A DNA stretch of 64,000 nt from contig NW_019217847.1 in assembly GCF_002571385.2 (NCBI RefSeq), forward strand, positions 411,618-475,617, read 5' to 3'. Under the pieces are notes generated by a model, which was not told where the DNA came from, searched no databases, and saw only the letters and a list, made by a program, of their open reading frames with translations. Both the position numbers and the translations under genes were made by a program. The stretch comes from Stylophora pistillata (taxonomy: Eukaryota). Positions within the stretch are counted from its first letter, which is position 1; every line of letters begins with the position of its first letter. This document shows, piece by piece, positions 31,505 to 43,067 of this stretch.

Positions 31505-34412
31505 GCTAAGCGAAATCTTGATTCTTGTTGTGGTTCATTTTCACCTTTCCACATAATTCAATTTGTCAATACTTTCTTTTATGCATACATAGAGGCAAAC
31601 TCATTAAGCATCAAATAAACAATATTTCAACACTAGGTGTACTGTGATAAAAGCTCGGTCAAAGCTGAACTTATAACAGCTGGAAACAGTTTTAGTCAGG
31701 TTTTCGTTAATATTTTTGCAACTGAAAATTACAAAATTACAAAATCTGGCTTCTAGACAAACTTTCAACATCATGGAATTTACTTCCTTTATCATAAATC
31801 GTTTACCTATGAAAGAATCGCCGGGTTGTTGCTCTTTAACACTCGCATGGCTGACTTTGTTAATTAACTTCTCACTGAGGAAAATTTAGATTAAAAGCGA
31901 AGTTGTGAATATTCCTTCAACTTCTGAGACAACATCAATTCATTAGAGGAACGGCCGTGTACACTTTAAAATTGACTATACCTTTAACTCAATTATAACT
32001 GGTATCTTTTCTTGTTATTTTTTAATGTATTTAGTTAAATTCCAGCTGTAATACTTCGTCTTTAATGGCTGTGAGCGATACAAAACTGATTTCAAGCTCG
32101 AAAAACGTTGAAAGGGAAAACTTATTGGTTTAGATAAACGAAAGGTTTTTGATGCACCCCAATTTCAAGATTATGAATGCTGAAAGTATTCTTGGCTACA
32201 TCTGCTTTAATCGGCACTCGAGCTTCAGTTGCATGTTGCGGGAATTCATGATATTCGCATATCAAAATTGAAGGAAACATTTAAGTTACAAACTTAATTT
32301 CGATTATGAAACGAAATTATTCGAAAGAAAAATAAAAAAAGAAGTAGAGTGTTCCGAAGACAGCTGAGTCGAGGAGACTTGATACTCGGTACTAGACAAT
32401 AACAATAGCGATTCTGAGCTTTCTGTCGGAACTCGGCAATCTCACCCACAATTGATCGTTCATTTGTACCTTGATCTGGCTCTTCTACAAATAATAGTCC
32501 TTACTTACCTTTATCAGAGAGTTTGTTAGAAACGATGTCAGGAAATTCACTAAATGAGACCATAGAAAAATGCCGCCATTTAAAAACAGTTTCGTTCTCA
32601 ACAAACGTTTGTCTTACGTGTAAGCAGCACCGAAATCATTACAACTTTGAATATCCTGGCTGTTTAATAGAGCATTAAATTTATTCATTATATTTATTTA
32701 TTCTCGTTTCAAACTCGACATGGTGTGACCAATTTAGTAAAGAGCGGAAAAACAGTTCAAATAATGTTCAATTGCTTCAGCGTGATTAGAATAATCCAGT
32801 TCATTCTCTGGCTAAATTACTTCCTGTGAATCTGAACAAATTTTTTTAGCAAGATTATAATGGTACGTTTCAATGTGTTTATCATTTGAGCGTATCAGTG
32901 ATCCGGAAGTCTGAAAGTTCTTTATCGAGCTAAAACGTCGGGTAAAAGACAAAAAAACGCCGAATTTCACAAAGGCTTTTTTGTCTATACTTTCCAACTC
33001 AAGTTTGGCTATTTGGAATTCGATAGCTTTGAGAATTAAAAAAACTCTAATTTCCCATATAAATAAAATCTACGTTCAGTGCATAACTGGAAACCGTTCG
33101 TAGTGGAAAATCAAAGCTTTAAACAAATTTATACCAATTTGTTTAGTTTAACATTAAGCCTTGATTTTTTATAGTTGTAGGCATAACAATAACCTATTAA
33201 AATTATAGTAAAATTAGCGCTTTATAGTTTGTCTTCTATGGGAATAAACACTTGAATCCTTATTTAGAATCCAGAAATTATTATTTCAGTGCTTGACGGA
33301 GAAAAGAAGATAAACAGGTCGACTTTATTGGAGAGAATCCTTCTTATTAGATCGGGGTCAGAAATAAATTAAGTACTTGAGCGATTTTTTTTTTGACAAT
33401 TAACGGTGAAAATTTCCTTTGATCTTTTGTTTGATTGACGTAGCTTATTATTTTTTTTTTCAAATGGTTCTCTAACCCATACATACAAATAATTAATCTA
33501 CCTCGAATGTTGACTCAGTTGCGTCCACGCAGTTGCTGATTCCCAAGCGAAGCCTTTGTAAACTGCGAAGAAACTTTAAATTAACATGAAATTAACTGGG
33601 AAAACTTTTCGACTGAAAAGTGTCCTATCAGAGTGGGCTTGTTTACAAAGAACGTGAAGGGAATATTGATGATAGAGAACTGTTTGTCATTGCGCGAAAT
33701 GCCCAGCGTGCAAGTCGGAAATGTACTGAGAAGTAAATTGAACCAGCTCGCTGCTATCAACTGAATTTCGGAAAACATTAAAGAAGAGGAACTCATTTGC
33801 TTGCGGCCTTGGTTGAGGTACTTTTTGTCCTGTAATCTTACAGATAAAACTAGAAATCGTCGCCGTATTAATTAAGAAGTCATCCTAACTTGCACACAAG
33901 TAAAAAGGGTCATCAATTTATATATGATTAAGAATTCTAGACCAGAGGTTAGCATTGGGTATTTATGTAAGCATTATTTCGCAAAACATTCATACGTGAC
34001 GTGTGAAACGAAATGAATTAATTGTTTGGCGTGCGAGAGTCGCGACTTGAATTGACTTCTGAATATGTAATTTGTGGTAATCCAAATGAGCATAAATTAA
34101 TAAATTTCCGACACGTATCGGAGGACTGGGCACGGCTGCGAGGTGCGCAGAATCGTGGTTTGTAAGTAGAGGTCGTTAGTAGGGCAATGCATTCAACGGT
34201 CAGCCTTCACCGTGTGTAGCTTTTCGTTTTCGTTTAGCAAGGGATACGACACTTCACAATGGACGACCGTAAAGTCATGGAGATCGTTGCTGAGAACAAC
34301 GCTCAACTCCTCTCCCAAATCAAGGATCTAGTCTCAACGTCTGTCTCTGATTTAAAAAGATCAAGCGATTCTAACGCTGCCCAGCAGTTGTCTGAGATTA
34401 ATAGATTGAAGC

Positions 34413-34781
34413 CTCCCGGTTAGTTCAATTGGTAGAGCGCCGGACTGTTGTGCGGGAGGTCGTGAGTTCAAATCCGGCCGGACCAACACTCAGGGTCTTT
34501 AATTAACTGAGAAGAAAGTGCTGCCTTTGTAATAATATCTGCAAATGGTTAGACTTTCTAGTCTTCTCGGATAGGGACGATAAATGGAGGTCCCGTCTCC
34601 TGCAGGGTTGGGGTAGGAGACGTTAATTTCCCACACGCGAGATTACTGTGTGATGGATGTCCTCCCCGGGGTGGGATGGGTGGGTAAAAAAGGGGTTAGT
34701 GTCAATTGGAACGAAAGTTCTGTTCCTTTCTCCTGCCATTCCTGTGGTGAATAAATTAAACTTAAACTTAAACTTAAACTT
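34413..34781 (+). mobile_element. tRNA-derived SINE inserted into the DIRS gag
   Basis: Pol III A box (tagttcaattggtag) and B box (gagttcaaatcc), conserved body, (AAACTT)n tail; the gag frame resumes on the far side; second copy at 49030. Confidence 0.9.
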
Positions 34782-36266
34782 AAGCGTGAAGCACCGCCGT
34801 CTTTTTAAAAGAAAAGTAAAGAATATCAGTATAAAGCAAACAAAGCTGCACTAGAAGCTGTTGAAGATGCCTCAGCTACGGTAGAACAAAAAGATTTGGC
34901 CAAGGTCAAGGAAGCACTTAACAGAGGTATGTCTTTGGTTAAAGAAAGGCAGAAAATGATCCTTTTAGCAGATAAGTCACCGTTTGGGTGGAAAACCGTC
35001 CTTGAGTATAAGCATCAAGACCTGGCAGACGATGAAGAAGACGAGAAAAAGATCTCCAGAGCAGAAGCTCGGGCGGCCAGGGCTTCGAAGCGTTTCGTTA
35101 CGCGTAGTTTTGGCCAACAGCGTCGCACATCAGTACTCCCGATTGCTCGGAATTCGCAGCTTGCAGTCGGTCAGTGTCTGAATACATTCAATCAACTTAA
35201 CCCACAGCTTTCAGCGAATAAATCTCCTGGCGTCTGTTTTCTTGCGGCAAACCGGGCCACTGGAGAGCCGCCTGTCCCAATAATTTGCAAACAATTTCCC
35301 AAATCAACAGCCAAGGTGACTAGCATGGACTGATGCCCAAGACCAAGACATAGAATTGGAAGCTTTGCCACCGTTGCACTCTGAGATATCCTTTTCAGAG
35401 GATTCCACGCTGACTTATGAGTTCAAATCGAGCAATGTTCCTATTTCGGTTAGAGGTAGATTGCGAAAATCGCTCCAGTTTTGAATAGATCTTGACGCAC
35501 CTCGTTTCATTCTTGACACCGTTGAGTTCGGCTACAAGTTACCACTGCTTAAAATTCCTTCACCTTTTGTTGCGAAGAACAATAAGTCAGCAATTCAAGA
35601 ATCTGCTTTTGTCGAGAGTGCCATTAACGAACTTCTAAGTCTGGAATGCATTTCAGAAGTACACGTGCCTCCAAAAGTGATAAACCCATCATCCGTTTCC
35701 ATTCAGAAATCGGGCAAAAAACGTTTGATTTTGGATCTCCGTCACGTCAATCAGTACCTCTTTAAATATAAGTTTAGGTGCGAAGATGTTTCAGTTGCAA
35801 GGGAGGTATTGAACCCTGACGATTTTATGTTTTCCTTTAATTTAAAATCCGGCTACCACCATGTTGAGGTTTTTCCAGATCCCAGGCAGTATCTTTCGTT
35901 TTCTTGGACATTTCCATCCGGATTCACTAGCTATTTTCAATTTGAAGTCTTGCCTTTCGGACTTAGCTCCGCGCCATATTTATTTACTAAGCTTCTTAAG
36001 CCTTTAGTTAAGAAATGGAGAACGGAGGGCAAGTCCATAGTCGTTTGTCTCGACGATGGCTTTGGTTCTGCTGCCAATTACGTCGAAGCTAAAATTACCA
36101 GTTTGGCGGTTCACGCTGATTTCTTGAAGTCCGGTTTTCTTCCTAATGGAGAAAAATCCATTTGGGATCCAGCCCAAAATATCATCTGACTCGGAACTGT
36201 TATTAACACCTCAGAATGCCTCATATCCGCGACGGATAACAGAATTCAAACTCTGATAGAGGATTT

Positions 36267-37134
36267 GCAGTAGTTGAGTTGATACCCAACTCAACTACTG
36301 CATTCGACCATTAATGATTTCTTCACGAAAAAAGTGTCTGGGGATCCAGGGATCAATCAAACGTCTAACGAGAAAAAAAACACCCGTGCGATTTATACTT
36401 CCTTTTGAGGACCAAACATCAGCAAATTCCGTACGAAGGCACCTTGGCGACCTAAGCCGAAAAATTGGAACTGACATTAATATTTCTCCTGTGTACACTA
36501 ACAGAAAGATCGGATATGAGTTAAAACCAACGGAAAAGAAGCCCAACATCATCAATCAGCAGCGCGTTGTGTATTATTTTAAGTGTGGTCTGTGCGATGC
36601 AGACTATGTCGGCTACTCTGCCGGCACCTCTAGCAACGTGCTGAAGAACACAAAGCGTCTTCAATCGAGAAACACATTAAAGAGCGGCATGGGCATACCC
36701 CAAGTGACTTGCATCACAGTTTCAAAATCCTGAAGAATGCAAAAGTAAACTGGACTGCCTAATTTACGAGATGCTTTTTATAAAAGAAATTAAGCCAAGC
36801 TTGAACAAACAGTCAGACTCAATCCGCGCAAAGCTATTTTTAGAATAACTTACTTTATTTTCGTATAATTTATAGTTTTACTTTCGTCAACTCTCATATT
36901 AAAATATTCGTATTGTCTCCTTTGCAATTTTATCACTTCTATTTTACGCCTAGCGTTTACATATTTCCATATCTTATTGCCTTTATCATTCCCACGTCTT
37001 GAATTTAGTACATATATGTAAAAATTTTCCTTTTCATCAGCTTGAAGATGACCTCAGCGAGGTCGAAACGTCGTTCAAAATTATTATCACTAATTTTTAT
37101 CTTGAAAAGCTTTTCTAAAAAACTACTTATCAAA
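36267..37134 (+). mobile_element. 5'-truncated Penelope-like element (GIY-YIG endonuclease end and 3' repeat) nested in the DIRS pol
   Basis: VVYYFKCGLCDADYVGYS..HL..R..EH and CLIYEMLFIKEIKPSLNKQSDSI; TSD agaggattt at 36258-36266 and 37135-37143; 15-bp inverted hairpin at the 5' junction. Confidence 0.9.
37039..37075 (+). ncRNA. Variant minimal hammerhead motif in the Penelope 3' repeat
   Basis: agc-UUGAAGA-ugaccu cagcg agguc-GAAACGUC-guu. Helix II and GAAACGUC are intact; C3 is replaced by U and helix I is weak. Confidence 0.55.
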
Positions 37135-37619
37135 AGAGGATTTATTGTTTCTTTTGGGGTCCAAGGACTCCCTTTATCAGGTTTGGAAGCTCGCCAGTGT
37201 GTGCGGTAAAATTATTTCGCTCGGGAACTGTGTCGGGAACGTAACTAGGCTCATGTCCCGAAATACTTTTGCTGTTGTTAACTCTGTCGCAAATTGGAAT
37301 TCTCTTGTCTCTCTAACGCCTGAATGCAAAAATGAATTAAACTTTTGGAAAGACAATCTTCCTACCATCAACGGCGTGCCTTTGTGGCCTGCGAAGCGCA
37401 AACCAACGAAAATCGTATATTCAGATGCGTCTGATTCAGCCTGTGGAAGTTATATTGAGTTCGAAGACAAAATTTTCCACCAAAATTGGTCAGATTTCGA
37501 GAGTTCGCAGAGCTCCACATTTCGTGAGCTTCTTGCCGTTTCTCTGTCTTTACAAGGGAGGGGAGAGAGGGGGATCCGGCTGTTTGTAAGTTAACGTCAT
37601 TATGCATAATAGGGAGCTT

Positions 37620-38373
37620 AGGGAGCTTAAGATACAGACCTTTTCGGGGCGGCGGCGACGTGACAACCCAGGTAGACTGGGCCAGAGGTTGCTGTTTTCG
37701 TGCCATAATTTAAGTTGTTAAGATTCTGATGACGGCTGGCCTTTGCGACTTCTGCCGTGACTTCGTTGAGTTTAATCAATTGTTGCGCTTTATAAATTAA
37801 GGCTTTTTTGTCATAGCATGGCTACGTTTGAAGAATTCCGCCATCTCCTCGTCCTTTACTACGACGCTAATCTTTTTGTATGAAATGTTTCCGTCTAAAA
37901 ACCCCAATTTTCCATACGAAAATGTCCATAGATCTGAGGTGAACGTTTTCGAGGTGCATATACGAATTGATAAAGGGAATGGCAGTAAGCAAAAATTCCC
38001 TGTTATGTTAAGAATTCAAGTACTGTACGCGTACGTGCCCTAAACTTACCTCGACGATTTGGACTTCACTGTTGCTTCGGTCATTTCAACCAAAAGAGAA
38101 AACAAAAAGTCTCTTGAGTTGGCCGAGACATCGTGTGATGATTTGTGCGAAATGTGATAATGCAATCACTTTAATACAAGTGCCAAAATTGGCAGTATAT
38201 TAAAAAAAAAACAAACAAGATCAACTCACGTCATCACCACGACGGCAAACTCACTGATTCACGTCGCCGACCTGAGGTCGACGGCGGGGCCGCATGCGCA
38301 GTCAATCTCGCCCCAATCTTAATCGGTCTCCACATCGCCGTCGCCCCGAAAACGTCTGTATCTTAAGCTCCCT
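37620..38373 (+). mobile_element. Internally deleted PIF/Harbinger (ISL2EU-like) DNA transposon
   Basis: TIRs of about 38 bp (agggagcttaagatacagac.ttttcggggcg.cggcga) at both ends, TA-rich flanks; remnant N-terminus MATFEEFRHLLVLYYDANL...YEMFPSKNPNFPYE. Superfamily assignment is from memory. Confidence 0.7.
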
Positions 38374-39731
38374 ATTAACTCCCCTGGTAACGGGCACTGA
38401 TTTGCTTTCATTGACATGATAATCGTGGCACTCTTGTCCGTTTGTTCGATTCTCCAATTTCATCAGCTGTATGACAGAATGTTCCACACAGTTGTTGGAT
38501 GAACTTCAGTGAAACAGGCCGGGCTCACAATAGTTACCGAGACATCACTTGGAAATACCAAGTCAAATCATTGTGTAATCACACAACAAAAGTTTCCAAA
38601 ATGCACTGTCGCGTTGTTCAGTTTATTATTTGGCTAAAACAACGATAACAATAACAGCAGCAATAAGGAACCTAAAAATAATACTCATGAAAACTTGGTC
38701 TTCACTCAGATACTCGCTAGCCTATTCCAAACGTTTAGTCAGTAAAACGGAGCGAAGTAGTAAACAGGGTCCAGTTGTTCGAAGGCCGATAAGCGCTAAC
38801 CCAGGATTCAATTTTAATCCGGGTATCAATCTCAAGTTTAGTTGAGGTATTAAACTGACGAGCGATACCACTCACCACCCGAGCTTACAATGGCTCCAGT
38901 TGAAACCGAGCTTTGCGCGTGCAGATTATACATATTATACAGATTATTCAGTCGTACTGTATGTAACGGGTAAGGTTGCTGTTACCAGAGTGGAAGTAAG
39001 CTCTAAGCCAAAGGAAAGGCAGCCAAGAAGTAAAAAATATTCAGTAATACAAATTGCCATGCGTGCGCTTTTCTTGCATGTGCTTTAATTTCCTTAAAAA
39101 AACTCGGATCATTAAGAGCCTCAGCATAACCTCTTATTACACTGAGACAACCGATCCAATGTAAACAACAAATCAGATACAATGAAATATGTGAAGTTCA
39201 TAAACAATGAAGATTGTTACATATGAAAACATATGAAGTTCGTAAACAACAAAACAAAACAAAATAGAGCCTAATCTCTGTTGGTCGAAAACTCTCACTG
39301 GGTTCGGGAAAGGTGAGGGTACTGGGGAAGGGCTCGATTGGACAGAATTTTCTTGTTGTTTGTAGGAGGTTAAATCCTGGATCTAATTATTAGCGAGTAA
39401 TTATGGAACTGGTGTATTAGTTACTGTACCCGCTGTTCTCAGGTAACTTGTCAAGGCTTCTGTCGCGAAATGTCATTGTATTTCAAATTAGATGGTGGTT
39501 TAGCTTTCGTTTTAAATGGATTTCACAGGCAATGTTGCTCCGAATTGTGGGTAATAGTTGTTAACATAGAACGTTTCAGTTATGCTTACATCTCACCGCG
39601 AGAACTTTCATTGAGAAAAAAGAAAGCTAATCAATAAATTATATTTTTTGCATATCATTACCCTTGACGGTTTCGTTGTTCACTGAAGATTGACACACGA
39701 AATAGTCGACCAACTTGACTTCATTTTTATT

Positions 39732-39789
39732 ATGTCCTCAGTCTGCCTCTTTCAGTATGCGGTGTTAGTAAATCTTATTGTGTTATGCG
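39732..39789 (+). CDS. Candidate signal-peptide exon (MSSVCLFQYAVLVNLIVLC), possibly the first exon of the CBM14 gene ending at 41300
   Basis: ATG, hydrophobic run and a phase-1 G|GTAAGT donor; further candidate exons at 39822-39880 and about 40310-40397, but the splice path is uncertain. Confidence 0.35.
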
Positions 39790-40761
39790 GTAAGTCTCTG
39801 TTGATTTAGTTTATCTTGCAGTAACAGGCTTCAAAGATGAACTGAAGGCGACATTGATTGTTGAAAGTTTTTCCTTTGTGGTACGTGTAAGGCCAGTGAA
39901 ATTTTTATTGAAAATCCGACTGAAAATCTCGAATGTTTGGCACAGTCACTAAGTCATCTAAGGATCTGTTGTTCGAATTGTATTTTCCGCCAGTTTGTGA
40001 TAACAGAAAAAATTGGAGTTTCTATATATACTAGCAGACAAAGGTATTAGTTGTATTTCAGGAAGCACAAGGCTCACGAGATATAAATCCATTACTAATT
40101 ATAAGGAAACAAGATAAACAATAGTTTATTTACACCTATATTCAACTATATTCTGGTGGAAGAACGACGTAGCTCTCACATCAAAATCTCACACAGAAGA
40201 GGTTGTGCAGCGCTCGCCATTCCTGTGTTCTTAAAGGTCCATTCTTGTGTCATTGATATCAACAGGGGCAACACTTCATGCAGCTGCTACTAAACATTTT
40301 CTATCTCAGACAGGCTACGCCCAAACACAGGGACAGTCAAAGCTCCTTCCACTGCGAACACTACTAGGAGATATAAATCACAAGGGGGCCAAAACAGGTT
40401 AGGGTTTGACCATCTTTATGTCAATCTAGTCTTTAATTTTGGTTCTAGTGAGAGTTTACTTTTTTTTTTACAAAAACCACTTCCTCAGGAACAAGTGGTG
40501 ATAGAATATGATCTGCATGTGACGAATTATGTAATTTGACCTCGCCTTGTGTTACCGGGAACGAAAGAGTAAGCGGCGTAATAGTAGAGAGAGGTCTGGG
40601 TCGGGTTGTTACGCGACGCGATCCAAGCCTCCTCGGTCTTTTCACTCCTCTATCACTATCTTGCTGTTTATCATCGCACTTCGTTTTGCTAACTGAACTT
40701 GTGGAACAGTTTAGTTTTGATTTAATCACAGAGCGCAATTTGCAAATTAGTGATACTCTGT

Positions 40762-41008
40762 AATTTGGTTCTATCGACCGAGTCGATAATGTGAATTGGC
40801 CCCCCCTAAAGAGTTTAAAAGCTTATGTTCCGAGCGATAGCCCTTCGTAAGAGCAAATGACGAAGGACTAACGCTCGAAACGTCAACTTTTAAACTCTTA
40901 ACGGTGGCCAATTTACATTATTAACTCAGTCGATAAAACCAAATTACCTTGTTACCCTCACCGACGCAGCAACACAGTTTCTGAAGAAGCTTACCCCCAT
41001 TGTTCATT
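40762..41008 (+). mobile_element. Family A-related element with an inverted (fold-back) structure and two decayed hammerhead motifs
   Basis: Arms at about 40762-40850 and 40858-40946 are imperfect reverse complements; plus strand reads tgacga-aggactaacgctc-gaaacgtc; tail ccgacgcagcaacacagttt. Confidence 0.75.
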
Positions 41009-41106
41009 AGTAAAACTCAGTTCGACTTACAAGACTCCAAAAACTGGTTGAAGATATTTCGGTTATTTCATCTCTCCATTTCGTTTATTTATCATTTCTA
41101 TCTTAG

Positions 41107-41300
41107 TAAATTTGTGCGCAGGAGTTGCTGATGGAGACTACGCCGATATACATAATCCGTATGGTTATATCACCTGCCGAGGAGGTCAGACAATCCGTAA
41201 AATCTGTCCACCAGGGAAGATGTGGGATACAGAGACGAAAAGCTGCGTCATGCAACTCAAGCGGTCAATTGCTAATCAAAACAGTTTTGTTTATCTGTGA
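41107..41300 (+). CDS. Terminal exon encoding a chitin-binding peritrophin-A (CBM14)-like domain
   Basis: Phase-1 acceptor tcttag|; LCAGVADGDYADIHNPYGYITCRGGQTIRKICPPGKMWDTETKSC; TGA followed by aataaa; paralogous to the last chitinase exon. Confidence 0.8.
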
Positions 41301-41406
41301 ATAAAGTCAAAGATCTTACTAACTGCAGCCTGTTTGTAGGTTATTGGTATCATTTTCCTTTTTCGGAAAATTCCCTTGAGTTTGAGTTGACGACTGCTTC
41401 GCCATT

Positions 41407-41772
41407 TTATTTTGCTTTCATTCTATTAAACAAAAGCTCGTAGAAATCCAAGGGTTTGAAGATTTCCAATTCCAAGGTCTGCATCGGTTCTGGTGTGAAT
41501 TCTTTGGCTTTTTCAGTCAAACGCGAATCCTTAGAGAACGATTTGTCACTGAGCATACACTGGCACTTGGTCCTTCGTGAAGTAACTGCGCTACAGGACC
41601 GTGGTTCGGGATCTGCTTCTTGCTGGAAGCTATTTGATTGTTCTTGATGTTCTTGTCTTCGCAGATCCAGAACATTAGTCTCACTGGTTCGACGTCTAGC
41701 CTCCTGTGGATACTGAGCTATGTTACTGTCGCTTTCTTTGCTCTCTTCTGGTGTCATTATTTTGATTGGCAT
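41407..41772 (-). pseudogene. Unrecognised single-exon gene, copy A (121-aa ORF, probably lesioned)
   Basis: Homologous to 54928-55315; TATA-like cctataaaaagg upstream at about 41895-41906; its TAA aligns with GAA in copy B. Confidence 0.55.
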
Positions 41773-42556
41773 TTCTTGCTTCTTCTTAAAATGCTTACCG
41801 ATTCTCCTTAGTATCTCCCTTTCTTTTCGTCTCGATCTGTCGATGCAATCTTTGGTAGTTGACTTCTGTCTGCAACCGTCTGTGAGTTATGCGGCCCTTT
41901 TTATAGGTTGGGAGAAGCAGGCGGCATCTGTTGTGCTGTAATTAGGACAGGGTGTGTCATCGTCCGTCATTGTGAAATACCGCAAATTTTGATAGGTAAT
42001 ATTCTTAATTGCCAAGCTTCACCTAACGACAAAGCGCTCTTTATGAAATGAAAGGGATCCGCTGAGAAGACTAGTCATGTTAATCAGAGCCGACTACTTA
42101 GAGCAAACAACTTTAAATGCTAATGAGATTTAAAAGAAATTGCGAAATTATATAACGTCCAATTAAACCTCAATTCAGATTACTTTAAATCAGATTCCAT
42201 TAGTTCAAATCAGCATTTTACGCGATTGAAAGGCCTACTAATTAACGTGTGGTTATAACGAAGGACTGCTGCGAATTCAATGGTAAGCTCTGTGGTTCAG
42301 TAGAGAAAGATACAAACCTAACGATCAATCATATGCACGGAACTAGAGGAAAACTTTTCTGTAGAGAGGAAAGATGAAAGTTTGTCTTAAAGTCAACTAA
42401 TTGTGTTAATGGTGTGATTTCCAGGGTTCCTCTTTGTTTCGTGTTAGAGAGTTGGTTATTCATCGCATAAAGCATTGTATTTTGACAATCTACGGTGAAA
42501 TGAGTGAATATCCCCTAAGAAATCCGCGCATCAGGCGCAATTCTCTGTTTATCGGG

Positions 42557-42570
42557 GTTGTTATGGAAAC
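42557..42570. promoter_or_regulatory. RFX X-box-like motif upstream of copy A
   Basis: gttgttatggaaac; positionally conserved with gtttccatagcaac at 54014. Confidence 0.4.
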
Positions 42571-43067
42571 AAGTTGTCATGACACCAAAATCGTCAAAGG
42601 GTAAATAAACTGCAATTGTAAGTCTTTTTTTTAACAATTCTGAACAGCTAATAAACATTGTTAACGTAGGAACAATGAAATATCTTAAGAAAAAGAAAAC
42701 ATCAGCTCTTCATTCCATTAGATCTTAACAAGTTTTGCTAACTAGGGGCGAATCTAGGAATTTTTGATAAAAAGGTCCAAAACTACTTCTCGTCTTCCTC
42801 CAACTCTTCCAACAATGACTCCAGCACCGAAAAACCCAAAACAAACAATCAACAAACATCCCTCAAAGCCGTATCGTCAGTTTACCAAGGAACTACCTTC
42901 ACGTTCATCATAAGAACATCTCGCTCATATACCTTCGGCCATTCGTTCTTGTCGCCACGTTCTTGTTTTCTATACCGTTTTTCTTCTCTTTCGTTGCATC
43001 CAGCTGTTCTCCCAACAAGTGACTCCTTCCAGTCAAAATAAGAGTCGTTTCCTGATAGAATCAGTAA

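Larger units (their letters stand above)
34108..37556 (+). mobile_element. DIRS/Ngaro-type retrotransposon relic (gag, RT, RNase H); truncated before the tyrosine recombinase and interrupted twice
   Basis: gag from the ATG at 34259 (...ERQKMILLADKSPFGWKTVLEY..DLADDEEDEKKI, frameshifted CxxCGKPGHWRAAC). RT region: GRLRK..FILDTVEFGYKLP, KKRLILDLR, LKSGYHH, LPFGLSSAPYLFTK, CLDDG. RNase H: VYSDAS..SSTFRELLAV. Left boundary approximate. Confidence 0.88.

Noticed and set aside
32500-32580. Distant 5' UTR exon of the 24876-25808 GPCR (strong minus-strand AG|GTAAGT donor near 32509)
   Set aside because: A lone splice-like motif; it cannot be linked to the gene without transcript data.
34411-34485. 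tRNA gene (and the similar head at 49030)
   Set aside because: A and B boxes are present, but the acceptor and anticodon arms are irregular and the sequence runs into a shared SINE body and tail.
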